Notes under the pieces: model-generated
Told to the model about the DNA's origin: nothing
What the model saw: the letters and a program-made list of their open reading frames with translations, nothing else
The model's database searches: none
In this document: positions 54,669 to 64,000 of the stretch, piece after piece
How positions within the stretch are numbered: position 1 is the first letter of the stretch
Layout of the letters: every line of letters begins with the position of its first letter
Made by a program: the position numbers and the translations under genes
NCBI GenBank assembly: GCA_963823665.1
Contig: CAWGMQ010000007.1
Location: forward strand, 64,001 to 128,000
DNA: 64,000 bases
Direction of reading: 5' to 3'
Source: an uncultured Planctomycetota bacterium
GTDB lineage: Bacteria; Planctomycetota; Planctomycetia; Isosphaerales; Isosphaeraceae

Positions 54669-55769
54669 ATGATGAGGGTACGTTCGTACCTGTTTCGAGG
54701 ACTGACCACTTGTGCAGCCACGCTCGCGGTTGCTTTCATGGCTTCGCCGGCACGAGCCGGGGGAATCACCATCCTCAATGTGGCCAGTTCCAACGGTTAT
54801 CAGTTCACAAACTTCGATGGTCCGACTCCGAATGGCGCCGGCACCACCATCAACGGGATTTCCAACACCGGCACGGTCGTCGGGTTCTCCACGCCCGACA
54901 ATGCCACGCTCAATAACTTCACAGCCAATCCGCTGACATCGACGAACGCCACCGCGCTCAATATCAACAATTCCACCGCCGCCATGGCCAACGGCATCAA
55001 CTCGGCTGGAGTCGTGGTCGGCACGGACGGCAATGGCAACGCGTTTACTCTGAATGGGAGCAGCCTGGTCACGTTCATCCCCAATGGGGGTACGTCGGCG
55101 ATTGCGTTCGGGATTAACGACCACGGACTCGTCGCGGGCCAGTACACAACTGCGTCCGGCACCACCCCCGGCTTTGTCCTGAATGGTACCTCGGTCACCA
55201 CGATCAATTCGCCGACGGGGCCGGACGTCGTCAATGCGCAGGGAATCAACAACAACGGGCTGGTGGTCGGCTTCTACACCGGGACGGACAACCAGGCCCA
55301 CGGCTTCAAGTTCAACTTGGGCTCCGCTGTCAATGGCGTCGGCACCGGCACCGCAATCGCCGACCCGACCATTCCGACAGTTTCGGGAGAACCGGGCGCG
55401 ACGTTCGTGTTCTCACAGATCCTTGGGGTCAATGACATGGGCATTGCCGTGGGGTATTACGGCGACAGCACCGGCAGCCAGCACGGGTTCATTTACAACA
55501 CCAACACTGGAACGTATACGTTCGTGGACGATCCGAACGAGCAGTTTACGGCTGCTGGCATCGAGGTGACCCAGATCACCGGCATCAACAATGCCGGCGA
55601 GATCACCGGTTTCTACACTGACGCAAGTGGCGAGGCTCACGGCTTCGTCGCGCTGCAAAGCGTTCCCGAGCCCACCTCGGTGGCGCTCCTGGGATTAGGA
55701 CTCGCGGGCCTCGTGGGCTTCGTCCATTACCGCAAGAACAGACGACGCGATCGATCCGAGCTCGCCTGA
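54669..55769 (+). CDS. PEP-CTERM surface protein with GINxxG (HAF-like) repeats
   Basis: Signal peptide ending ARA; repeated GINxxGxVVG; VPEPTSVALLGLGL...RKNRRR. Confidence 0.9.
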   Translation: MMRVRSYLFRGLTTCAATLAVAFMASPARAGGITILNVASSNGYQFTNFDGPTPNGAGTTINGISNTGTVVGFSTPDNATLNNFTANPLTSTNATALNINNSTAAMANGINSAGVVVGTDGNGNAFTLNGSSLVTFIPNGGTSAIAFGINDHGLVAGQYTTASGTTPGFVLNGTSVTTINSPTGPDVVNAQGINNNGLVVGFYTGTDNQAHGFKFNLGSAVNGVGTGTAIADPTIPTVSGEPGATFVFSQILGVNDMGIAVGYYGDSTGSQHGFIYNTNTGTYTFVDDPNEQFTAAGIEVTQITGINNAGEITGFYTDASGEAHGFVALQSVPEPTSVALLGLGLAGLVGFVHYRKNRRRDRSELA

Positions 55770-55787
55770 CCTGCTTGGCTTGCGGCT

Positions 55788-56153
55788 TTATTTCTTCACC
55801 TGAACAAATTTGTTGGGTGTTCCCTCGAGCGCGCTTCCCGCCTCTGGCCGCCAGGTGACGACCTCGTCAATCTTCTTGGCGAGGGCGAAATCCTTGTCGG
55901 TGATGCCACCTTCGGAATGGGTCTTGAGCTTGACCCAAAGCTTGCCCCAGGTGACCACCAGGTCGGCGTGATGCCACGCTGCTTCGCACAGATAGCCGAC
56001 GGCGTTCACCAGCATGAGCGTCGTCGGCCAGCCGTCAGTGTTGTACTTGCGCCTGAGCCAGCCGTCATCGAGCGTCCAGCCCTCGAGCCCGTCCGACTCA
56101 ATCCGCGCCTGCACTTCGGTGTCCGTGTACACTTTCAGTTTGCCCTCGGCCAT
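55788..56153 (-). CDS. Pterin-4a-carbinolamine dehydratase-like protein (PcbD type)
   Basis: EAAWHHADL, LKTHSEGGITDKDFALA. Confidence 0.9.
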   Translation of the reverse strand: MAEGKLKVYTDTEVQARIESDGLEGWTLDDGWLRRKYNTDGWPTTLMLVNAVGYLCEAAWHHADLVVTWGKLWVKLKTHSEGGITDKDFALAKKIDEVVTWRPEAGSALEGTPNKFVQVKK

Positions 56154-56187
56154 CGTCAACCTCCGTCGATGCTATGGATTGAATCGC

Positions 56188-57234
56188 CTAAAACCCCTTC
56201 CCCTTCGTCGTCAGCCGCACGCGCCCGATATACATGTCGGCGGTGATGAACAGGGTTGACCCGTCCTCACCCCAGCCGCAGTTGGCGGTGGCTTCCCCGG
56301 TGCTGAAAGTGCCTAGGTGGGTTCCATCGGGGGCAAAAACGAGCACGCCGCCCGGGCCGGTCGCGAACAGATTGCCGTTCGCGTCGACTTTCATGCCGTC
56401 CGGAAGCCCCTTCTTCGCGGGCGATACCGAGCTGGTCACGTCGGCGAACAATTTCCCGGCGCCGATCGTGCCGTCTTCCTGCACGGGGAACGCCATCCAG
56501 ATCGCTTTCCTGGGATCAGAGTTGGCCACGTACAACGTCTTCTCGTCCGGTGAAAGAGCAATTCCATTCGGAAACGTCATTTCCTTGGTCAAGAGCGTGA
56601 CCGTGCCGTCGGCGGCCGAGATGCGATAGACCCCGTTCCAGTCGAGCTCCTTCGCCGGATCGGCATTCAGCCTGAGCAGGCCGTACGGCGGATCGGTGAA
56701 ATACAGGTCTCCATTTGTCTTGTAAACGCTGTCATTGGGGCTGTTGAATCTCTTGCCGACATACTTATCCGCCAACGTCTTGAACGTCTTGTCGGCCTCG
56801 AGCCGCGCCACGCGGCGGTCTCCGTGCTGGCAGAGCACGAGCCGTCCTTCTCGATCCATATTCAATCCGTTCGAGCCCGGCTCGCCGCCGCGCGGTACGG
56901 ATCCCGTGTAGCCGCTCGGCTTCAAGAAGACGCTCACGCCTTTGCCTTCCTGCCACTGAAAAACGGTATTCATCGGCACATCGGAAAACAACAGCACCTT
57001 GCGCGAGCGGTCCCAGACGGGACCTTCCGACCAGTCAAACCCTTCTGCGATCCGTTCGACTCGCGCATCCTGCGGCACCAGCTTGTCGAATCGCGGATCA
57101 AGGCGCTCGATCGTTCCCAGAGTGGGATACGCCGTCTTTTCCTGGGCGTGGCCTGCCGTCGAGTAGCCGAGGAACGAGCAGGCAGCAATCGCCGCGCTGC
57201 CGATCAAACGAAATCGATTTGGATGCGCGCTCAT
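56188..57234 (-). CDS. SMP-30/gluconolactonase family protein
   Basis: WSEGPVW, NSPND, YFTDPPYG, PNGIALSPD, PDGMKVD; signal peptide. Confidence 0.93.
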   Translation of the reverse strand: MSAHPNRFRLIGSAAIAACSFLGYSTAGHAQEKTAYPTLGTIERLDPRFDKLVPQDARVERIAEGFDWSEGPVWDRSRKVLLFSDVPMNTVFQWQEGKGVSVFLKPSGYTGSVPRGGEPGSNGLNMDREGRLVLCQHGDRRVARLEADKTFKTLADKYVGKRFNSPNDSVYKTNGDLYFTDPPYGLLRLNADPAKELDWNGVYRISAADGTVTLLTKEMTFPNGIALSPDEKTLYVANSDPRKAIWMAFPVQEDGTIGAGKLFADVTSSVSPAKKGLPDGMKVDANGNLFATGPGGVLVFAPDGTHLGTFSTGEATANCGWGEDGSTLFITADMYIGRVRLTTKGKGF

Positions 57235-57342
57235 GATGGTTGTATCCTTGCAGTGGAGCGGAGAGAGACGGGCGAGACCGTTGCCCACGGCCGCGATGCG
57301 AACTCCCCGAGATTAGCTCACGCGGAGCGGGCAGGCAACTCG

Positions 57343-58570
57343 TCACCGCGGCAAGGCGACGGGCGATTCCGATATCTTGCGGCCGGCCCGCGGAGTTGGT
57401 CGGTTTGGCGTGCTATCAAGCTCGTCGAAACAGGCAAGCAGTCTCCGGGCGGATTCTTCCCAGGTGAAGAGGGCCGAGCGCTCGTGTGCCAGCCGGGCCA
57501 GCTCATCGCGAAAGGCGGGGGCGGCGAGGAATAGCCGGATTGCCCCGGCAATCGAATCGACGTCATTCGGGTCGAAATAAATGCCCGCCTCGCCCACAAC
57601 CTCTGGCAGCGACCCGGCGTTGCTCGAAAGTACGGGCGTGCCGCAGGCCATCGCTTCGACTGCGGGCAGACCGAAGCCTTCCAGGAGCGACGGCGAGATC
57701 AAGGCATAAGCGCGCCGATACAGATGGACGAGGTCCGCGTCGGGGACGAAACCCGCCAGGATCACCCGCTCGTGCAGGTTGTGCCGCGTGATGGCCTCGC
57801 GAATCTGGGGCACGTGCGTGTGGAAAACGTCCTGAACGTCGCCGACGAGAATCAGCTTCACATCCGGAGGCGCCCCCTGGGCAAACGCTTCCACCAGCCG
57901 CAGCAGGTTCTTGTGCGGGCTCAATCCGCCCACATAAAGCAGGAGCCGGCTTTCCGGAGCGATGCCGATTCGGGCGAGCACGGCTGCTCCGTCGGAGTCG
58001 CGGGCCCGAGTTCGGAAGACTGGATCGGGGCCTTCGGTGATCACCCGGATCCGGTCTGCCGGAACGCCCGACCAGGCGGCGATGTCACGGCGCGAGGCTT
58101 CCGAGACCGTGACGATGCGATCGGCCAGTCGCACCGCAGAGGCCTCCTTGATTCGCCACGCGAGCCGGCCACGGCGGTTCGGGAACACCAGCTCCGGGTG
58201 GGCAAGCGGCAGCGTGTCGTGCATCGTGACGACCAGCTTCCCTGCCTTCCAGACGGGGAAGAACGTGTAAGTGGCCGGGAAGTACATCAGGTCCAATCGG
58301 GCCCGGGCGACAGCCCGGCCCATTGCGATCAAGTCGCGGAAGCTGCCGGCTTCCCTGGGACGACGCAGCCCGGCTAGGCGCCTCACGCACCTCGACGATC
58401 GCTCGCTCGAATCGATCTGGAATCGCGACCGACGGCGATGACGGTCGATCGACAAAGACGGTGAACTCGTGCCCGGTTGTCTGGCGTGACAGGGCCTCGA
58501 GCAACTGCCGGCTGAACCGGCCAAACCCCCGGCGATTGGAAAGGCAGCTACCGTCGATTCCGATTCGCAT
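57343..58570 (-). CDS. GT4 glycosyltransferase (frameshift near 58350)
   Basis: MRIGIDG...RGFGRF; HKNLLRL, EGFGLPAVEAMACGTPV. Confidence 0.88.
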
Positions 58571-59792
58571 GGCGAGCTTCTCGTTTCGTACCTAGCGGCC
58601 TTCTCGTGACTGTTCTGTTCTCGCAGCCGACGGCTTTGAATTGCGCACCCGCCACCGTGCGAAACGGCGAGCCCACCGAACGCGCTCCGGCGGCTTGATC
58701 GCCGCGGCGCCTAGGTCGGCGCGGGTTAGGGCGGCTGATCGAACGGCGCCATGGTTGCGGCGCTCGCAGCAGCCAGAGCGATTCCGCGATCACGACCGAC
58801 AGCCCGCAGCAGCAATAATAAGTGAGATGGAGGGGCAGGGCGGCGGTTGCGAAGGCGAGCCCCTTCCGGCGGGCCAGGAACCCAAGAAACCTGATGTTGA
58901 GCAGAACGATCGACGCCAGTGCCGCGGCCGCGGCCGCCCAGGCCCACGGAAAGAAGGCGCCGATCGCGCCGGCCAGCAGCGCCAGACCGGTGAGTGCCAC
59001 GCACGCCTTCTGGTCGACCTTGACGTTCAAGTCGGTCTCGATTGTGCCCGAGCGTTTGATCAGGAGCATCCAGGGTACGCCGCGGCGAAAGATGTCGGTT
59101 CGGATCATGTCAGGCAGAGTCCAGCGCTTCATGTGCGTGGCCAGCACGTCGCGCGCGAGCACAATCCGGTGGCCGGTCCGCGTAAGTCGGTAGCCCAGCT
59201 CGATGTCTTCGATCGCGGGTCGGGGGTAAAGCCGCGGGTCGAAGCCGCCGTATTCGAGAAAGACGCTCCGCCGAATGGCGCCGCAACCCGTCCAGAATGT
59301 GTGGGCCGGCCGGATCCCTTCCTGGAATACGCCTTGTTGATGGACGAAGTGATGGAGAAGGTTGCGATACTGGCTGACCAGGCCGGGCGCGGCCGGCTGA
59401 TCGTCATACGAGCCGAACAGGGCGCAGAGCGACGGGTCGCGCTCGAATCGGGCGAGTGATCTGGCCAGCGTTTCGGGATGGACGGCGACATCGGCGTCGA
59501 GGAAAAAGATCAATTGCGACCTCGCGGCCTGGGCTCCCAGATTGCGGGCGGCTGCAGGCCCCCGCGGCGTGGGGAGACGTAGCAACGTCGCACAAGCTTC
59601 GCCCGCAGTCGCGGCCGAGTGATCGGTCGAGGCGTCGTCAACCACAATCAACTCGTAATCAGCCAGACTGGAGCCGCGCAGCCGCTGGAGGCAGCGCTCA
59701 AAGTCGCGACCCCCGTTGCGCACGGGAACCACGACCGAGAGCGACGGCCTCCGCAGCAGGGGGCTCGCCGGACCGGCGGGGACATCGTCCAT
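58548..59792 (-). CDS. GT2 glycosyltransferase
   Basis: SVVVPVRN, VVDDASTD, GPAAARNLG, FLDADV, GGFD, EDIELGYRL; C-terminal TMs. 3' end uncertain. Confidence 0.9.
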   Translation of the reverse strand: MDDVPAGPASPLLRRPSLSVVVPVRNGGRDFERCLQRLRGSSLADYELIVVDDASTDHSAATAGEACATLLRLPTPRGPAAARNLGAQAARSQLIFFLDADVAVHPETLARSLARFERDPSLCALFGSYDDQPAAPGLVSQYRNLLHHFVHQQGVFQEGIRPAHTFWTGCGAIRRSVFLEYGGFDPRLYPRPAIEDIELGYRLTRTGHRIVLARDVLATHMKRWTLPDMIRTDIFRRGVPWMLLIKRSGTIETDLNVKVDQKACVALTGLALLAGAIGAFFPWAWAAAAAALASIVLLNIRFLGFLARRKGLAFATAALPLHLTYYCCCGLSVVIAESLWLLRAPQPWRRSISRPNPRRPRRRGDQAAGARSVGSPFRTVAGAQFKAVGCENRTVTRRPLGTKREARHANRNRR

Positions 59793-60042
59793 GATCTACC
59801 CTCGCCCGTCACGCTCGATGCGCGCCGGAATGCGTCTCCATCCGTGGGATCGCCCGAACGCGTACCAAGACCCTTGCCGCAACGGAACGGAGGCGATCAA
59901 GGAATCGATCGCCAGTGCAAATTGGAAGTGTCTCGTTCAGCCGCACCGCCGCATCCACCCTCGCGACGAGCGGCCGAACTCTATCCGGAACCGCCGGGTC
60001 TGTCAATCTGGGCCGGGAATGCGGGCGGGGTACTGATCGCAC

Positions 60043-60085
60043 AATCGGTGCCAGTTCATCTTTGTAAAACGAACTGGCACCGATT
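60043..60085. repeat. Perfect 15-bp inverted repeat (terminator or REP-like hairpin)
   Basis: AATCGGTGCCAGTTC-N13-GAACTGGCACCGATT. Confidence 0.8.
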
Positions 60086-60097
60086 TTCGCGTGCCGC

Positions 60098-62218
60098 TCA
60101 ATTCGCTTGCGTCGACTTCTTGGTCGTGGGGCCCAAAGCACTCGCAAACATACTCGCATCAATTACCCCGAAGTTGGTACCGGCGCTCGGGTTGTTCGCG
60201 CTCGATGTTGCCGAGACGATCGCCGCACCAGCCTTGTACCCACTCGAGCTGGCGCCGGCGACACTGAGTGCCGTCGGATTGGGCGAAGGTTTGGTATAGG
60301 GGGTAGTCATTGGTAAGCCCGTTGCTGCCTCCGATGGCGATCTGAAAAGCGTTTGAACCGGGCACAGTGATGTTGCCAACGGCGTCGTCAACCGAGAAAC
60401 CATAGGCGGTAATCGGCATGCCGTTCGCCCAGTTGGCTCCGTTGTGGATGAGCCAGACCAGCGGATCGACGTTGTACTGGGCCAAGATACTGTTCGTCGG
60501 ATTGCCCGGCGTGGGTGGGACAGGGTAGGCAGTGCCCGGCGGGAGGGCCACAGTCGACCCGTACATCATTGGGATGATCACCGTATTGGTGACATTCTGC
60601 CTGTTGTCCGTCGCCTGTTGACTGGTACCGTACAGGGTGTTTCCCGCCCAGTCCACACTCCCTGGAATGTTGGCGAAATCACCAATATTATCTCCGAAGA
60701 TCGTTTGAATTAATTGCGAAGACGGTTGGATCGCCGGCGGCGATGGATTGCCATTCCCACCGAGAATGAAAAACTGGTACTTGGTATTCAAGTCCCCCGG
60801 GCCAGACGCGGGCGATTGCAATATAATCTGGTTGCCGACAATTTGCTGGATCACATTGGCGGCGACGCCGGTTGGTGGCGGCAGGTTTGGGGCACGGACA
60901 GGTGTACCGACCCCGCCGTTCGGAAGCTTTTGGAGCTGTGCGATCAAATCCGGACTCGCACCCGACAGTACCTTGAGCCCAGAGCCGTATTGTGGGTCGG
61001 AGCTCAACGTGAGGCCCGTGGCGCTATAGGCCCTCGTCTGGAGATCGACCGCGTTCATGAAGGTGTCCTGGCTAAACAGCCACATGGCCTTCCATGCGAG
61101 TGTTGCAAACTGCAGCGCGTTCGTCATGTCGCCAGGACCCGGCTTGGTTGTCGTCTGAATCGGGAAAGTCTGCACGTTATCTTGGTATTGAATCGAGCCA
61201 GGTCCGGTGGCCAGGAATTGGCTTAACTGAGCACTTGCTGGTATCTGAGGAAGCCCATACTGGGGTAAGACAGCGAAGTTCTTCTGGTAGAACTCCGCCC
61301 ACGAGAACATCAGGTTGATGATCGCTTGAGCGGCATAGTTGTTCGAGGCGGGCAGGCCAGCGAACGCCTGGCTGGATGTAAGCAATGGATTAGTGTTTAC
61401 GTAAATATTTGATGCAGCGCTGTTTGCAAAGATGTTGGTGCCGCCCGGTATCTTCACGAGTGCGCCGGGGTGTTTCCCGTGGGCGTGAGGTTGAACTGCG
61501 GCCACGCGACGTTATTCTCGGGTGCATTGTAGAAGTAATTGCCCAGATTCGCCCCGCTGACAAACTTGGTCAGTGTGCTCTCGAACTGCGGCACGGTGAT
61601 CGTCGTCCCGATGTAACCCGCCTGAGGGTCGCCCTTTGTCAAGACCGCTTCCTCGGCAACCGGAAGATACATCGCATCTAGGTACGATATATCCACGTCA
61701 ACACTTGTATCGAGCGTAGGTTTGCCGATCACGGTTTGCGATTCATCTCTGATCGTATATTCAGTAAGCTGCGACGAAGCGGAAGTGGCAATACCACCAA
61801 CCACACTCGATTCCGGCCCCCTGTACAGGAGCAACGCCCCGTTATCGGAAAGGTCCTGCACAAATGTTGTCGAAGGAGCTGAGTTATGGAAATTAAATGG
61901 GTTACCGCTTGACCAGAAATATGTCTCTGTTTGCGGAGTGTCCGTCACGAGCTGGATCGTTCCTCCGTCCCACATCGCCTCGGGCAGGTAGAACGTGACG
62001 CTCGCCCCTGGTGGCAGACCGACATAATATTGCGAGTTCGACGCCTTGTAGCCCACGTAGATCCGGTAGTCCTGGTTCGCTGGATCGTTCGGATCGTACG
62101 GCGAGCCGTCGTACGCGCTGCCGTCGTTCGTTGCGAGGAATACCGGATAAATCCACCGAGGAGTCGCGTCGGTATTCGTGTTGTTGGTGATCGTCACGGC
62201 TTTTTCGATCGCCGTCAC
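60098..62218 (-). CDS. Extracellular GH64/thaumatin-like protein (frameshifts near 61468 and 60300)
   Basis: VTITNNT...IYPV, QLTEYTI, DVDISYLDAMYLPV, AYGFSVDDAVG; breaks fall in G4 and G5 runs. Confidence 0.55.
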
Positions 62219-62787
62219 TCACAACTTCGTCGGTCAGTGGCCCACCAGGGCCGCTGTTCCACGTTCAATATCGCCTGAAACCCAGTTTGGGCGACCACAC
62301 CCGCGGTCACGAAATCCGGCCTCCCCGCCCGCTGTTCTTCCTCCCGCTCAATAGTCATCTGAAAACGGCGCCGACCGAGGGTCAAAACTCGTATCAAACG
62401 ATGCAGTTTCTCCAATAGTCGTAGTCAACTAACACATTACCTTTCCTAAAACCACCAGTTGCCGCATTTTTTGGTAACTTCGATGGACTGCGCAGCTTGC
62501 GCTCGACGATGCAACACCAAACATGCGTGTTAGGACGTTTTCGGACGCCGTGCTAATGTGTTGCGGCTACTGTTGCGGCTCAGAATGAGTGCCGTTCGGC
62601 AAACCTGTTACCGGCGTCCTTCTCCGGCTGGCCCAAGGCTCGACGAGCGGGGTCGATCGCTTTTTAATTCCGCCGATGATTGCATCGACTCGGTGATTGG
62701 GGCGAGAATATCTCGTCACCCATGGCCGGCGGAGTGGTTGCTCGGTGCGAAGAGGTGGCAAACCTTCATCTTAAATTGGGTAGATCG

Positions 62788-64000
62788 ATGATGTTCCAGA
62801 AGCTGACGGTTGTTGCGGTTCTCGCCGCAATCTGTTTGGGTGTCACTCGCTTTGCGGTCGCAGAGGGCAAGCCGGACGGGCAGCGGTGGTGGTCGCATGT
62901 GCTCGTTCTGGCCGACGACCGCCTGGAGGGCCGTGGCACGGGCAGCCCAGGCCACCGGAAGGCGGCCGAGTATGTGGCGCGGGAATTCGAGAAAGCCGGT
63001 CTCAAGCCCGCCGGGACCGAGAGATTCTTGCAGCCGGTCAAGCTCATCGCTCGCGAGCTTGACGAGACGCAATCGAGCCTCGCACTCGTCAAGAATTCCG
63101 GCGGCGAGGAGCGGCTCGAGCTAGGCCGCGACGCGATCATCAGCTCGCGAATCGAGCCGGCTGCGTCGCTCGAGGCCGAAATGGTCTTCGCCGGCCATGG
63201 GCTATCGATCCCTGAAGCCCATCACAACGACTTCGAGGGGCTCGATGTCCGCGGCAAGCTCGTCGTATTCCTGGACGGTGCGCCGCCGTCGATTCCGGGC
63301 CCGCTGGCCTCGCATATGCAATCGCAGGACGAACGAGCTGCGCTGTTCAAGCGGCTGGGCGCGATCGGCATCCTCCGCATCATGAATCCCAAGAACATGG
63401 ATATTCCCTGGGAGCGGGCGTCGCTCGCGCGGTTCATGGCGTCGATGAGCCTGGCCGACCCCGCGGTCGACGAGACGCGGGGACTCAAGCTGGCGGTCAC
63501 GATCAATCCGGCCCATGGCGATAAGCTGCTCGCGGGGTCGGGCCACACGCTTGCGGAGATCATCGAAGCCGCGAACGCCGGAAGACCGCTACCGCATTTC
63601 AAACTGCCGGCGCGGCTCCGGGCCACCGCGGCCGTCAAGCACACGGACGTTCTGTCGGATAACGTCGTGGCCATGCTGCCCGGCACCGACCCGAAGCTCA
63701 AGGACGAGTACGTCATATTCACCGCTCACCTCGATCACCTGGGCGTCGGCAGGCCCATCAATGGCGATAAGATCTACAACGGCGCGATGGATAACGCATC
63801 GGGCATCGCGGCGATGCTCGACGTCGCCTCGATGCTCAAGGAAAACGGCACGAAGCTGCGCCGCTCGGTGCTCTTCCTCGCCGTTACCGCCGAGGAGAAG
63901 GGACTGCTCGGGTCGAAGTACTTCGCGAGCGATCCCACGGTCGATCCGCGGCGATCGTGGCTAATATTAATACCGATATGTTCTTGCCGCTGTACCCGCT
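62788..64000 (+). CDS. M28-family peptidase with PA domain (runs off window; frameshift near 63950)
   Basis: My translation: signal peptide, LADDRLEGRGTGS, TAHLDHLG, NGAMDNASG, TAEEKGLLGS. Absent from the ORF track because it has no stop. Confidence 0.92.
   Translation, partial: MMFQKLTVVAVLAAICLGVTRFAVAEGKPDGQRWWSHVLVLADDRLEGRGTGSPGHRKAAEYVAREFEKAGLKPAGTERFLQPVKLIARELDETQSSLALVKNSGGEERLELGRDAIISSRIEPAASLEAEMVFAGHGLSIPEAHHNDFEGLDVRGKLVVFLDGAPPSIPGPLASHMQSQDERAALFKRLGAIGILRIMNPKNMDIPWERASLARFMASMSLADPAVDETRGLKLAVTINPAHGDKLLAGSGHTLAEIIEAANAGRPLPHFKLPARLRATAAVKHTDVLSDNVVAMLPGTDPKLKDEYVIFTAHLDHLGVGRPINGDKIYNGAMDNASGIAAMLDVASMLKENGTKLRRSVLFLAVTAEEKGLLGSKYFASDPTVDPRRSWLILIPICSCRCTR

Noticed and set aside
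60074..60090. Sigma54 promoter TGGCAC-N5-TTCG
   Set aside because: The -12 element mismatches TTGC, the site is one arm of a palindrome, and no plus-strand gene follows.
62559..62580. TGTTGCGGCT direct repeat upstream of the M28 peptidase
   Set aside because: Two short copies with no other support.

Overview
GC-rich bacterial chromosomal window, very probably from a planctomycete (Isosphaeraceae-like). The inference rests on PSCyt/PSD1, DUF1501, TIGR03067, membrane-tethered ECF sigma factors with long C-terminal extensions, LRR proteins and H4MPT C1 genes. From left to right it contains: (1) the edge of an island beside the 3' end of tRNA-Val(GAC), with IS3, IS630 and a decayed AbiEi/AbiEii module; (2) the core rpsB-tsf-pyrH-frr cluster, with a divergent DUF1778/GNAT toxin-antitoxin pair; (3) a hydrolase, a sulfatase and a sulfate ABC operon behind a sigma70 promoter overlapped by Rrf2/IscR-like boxes; (4) a stand-alone KilA-N-like gene; (5) a minus-strand run of two tandem ECF sigma factors sharing a 39-bp upstream motif, followed by DUF1800, DUF1501, a Zn peptidase, Uma2 and UbiD; (6) a 5'-truncated third ECF; (7) a HEPN-like gene coupled to a Zn-ribbon/degenerate MNT-like gene, beside an AAA ATPase; (8) a C1 locus (COG2232 ATP-grasp, fae, mtd, DUF1464); (9) a PSCyt/DUF1501 cassette, an IS66 relic and a broken WD40 Ser/Thr kinase; (10) assorted enzymes, a PEP-CTERM protein, glycosyltransferases, a GH64/thaumatin-like protein and a partial M28 peptidase. 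About 15 single-base frameshifts occur, including one in the essential gene pyrH, mostly in short G/C runs. They most likely reflect uncorrected long-read errors rather than pseudogenes. All family calls are motif recognition by eye; no searches were run.
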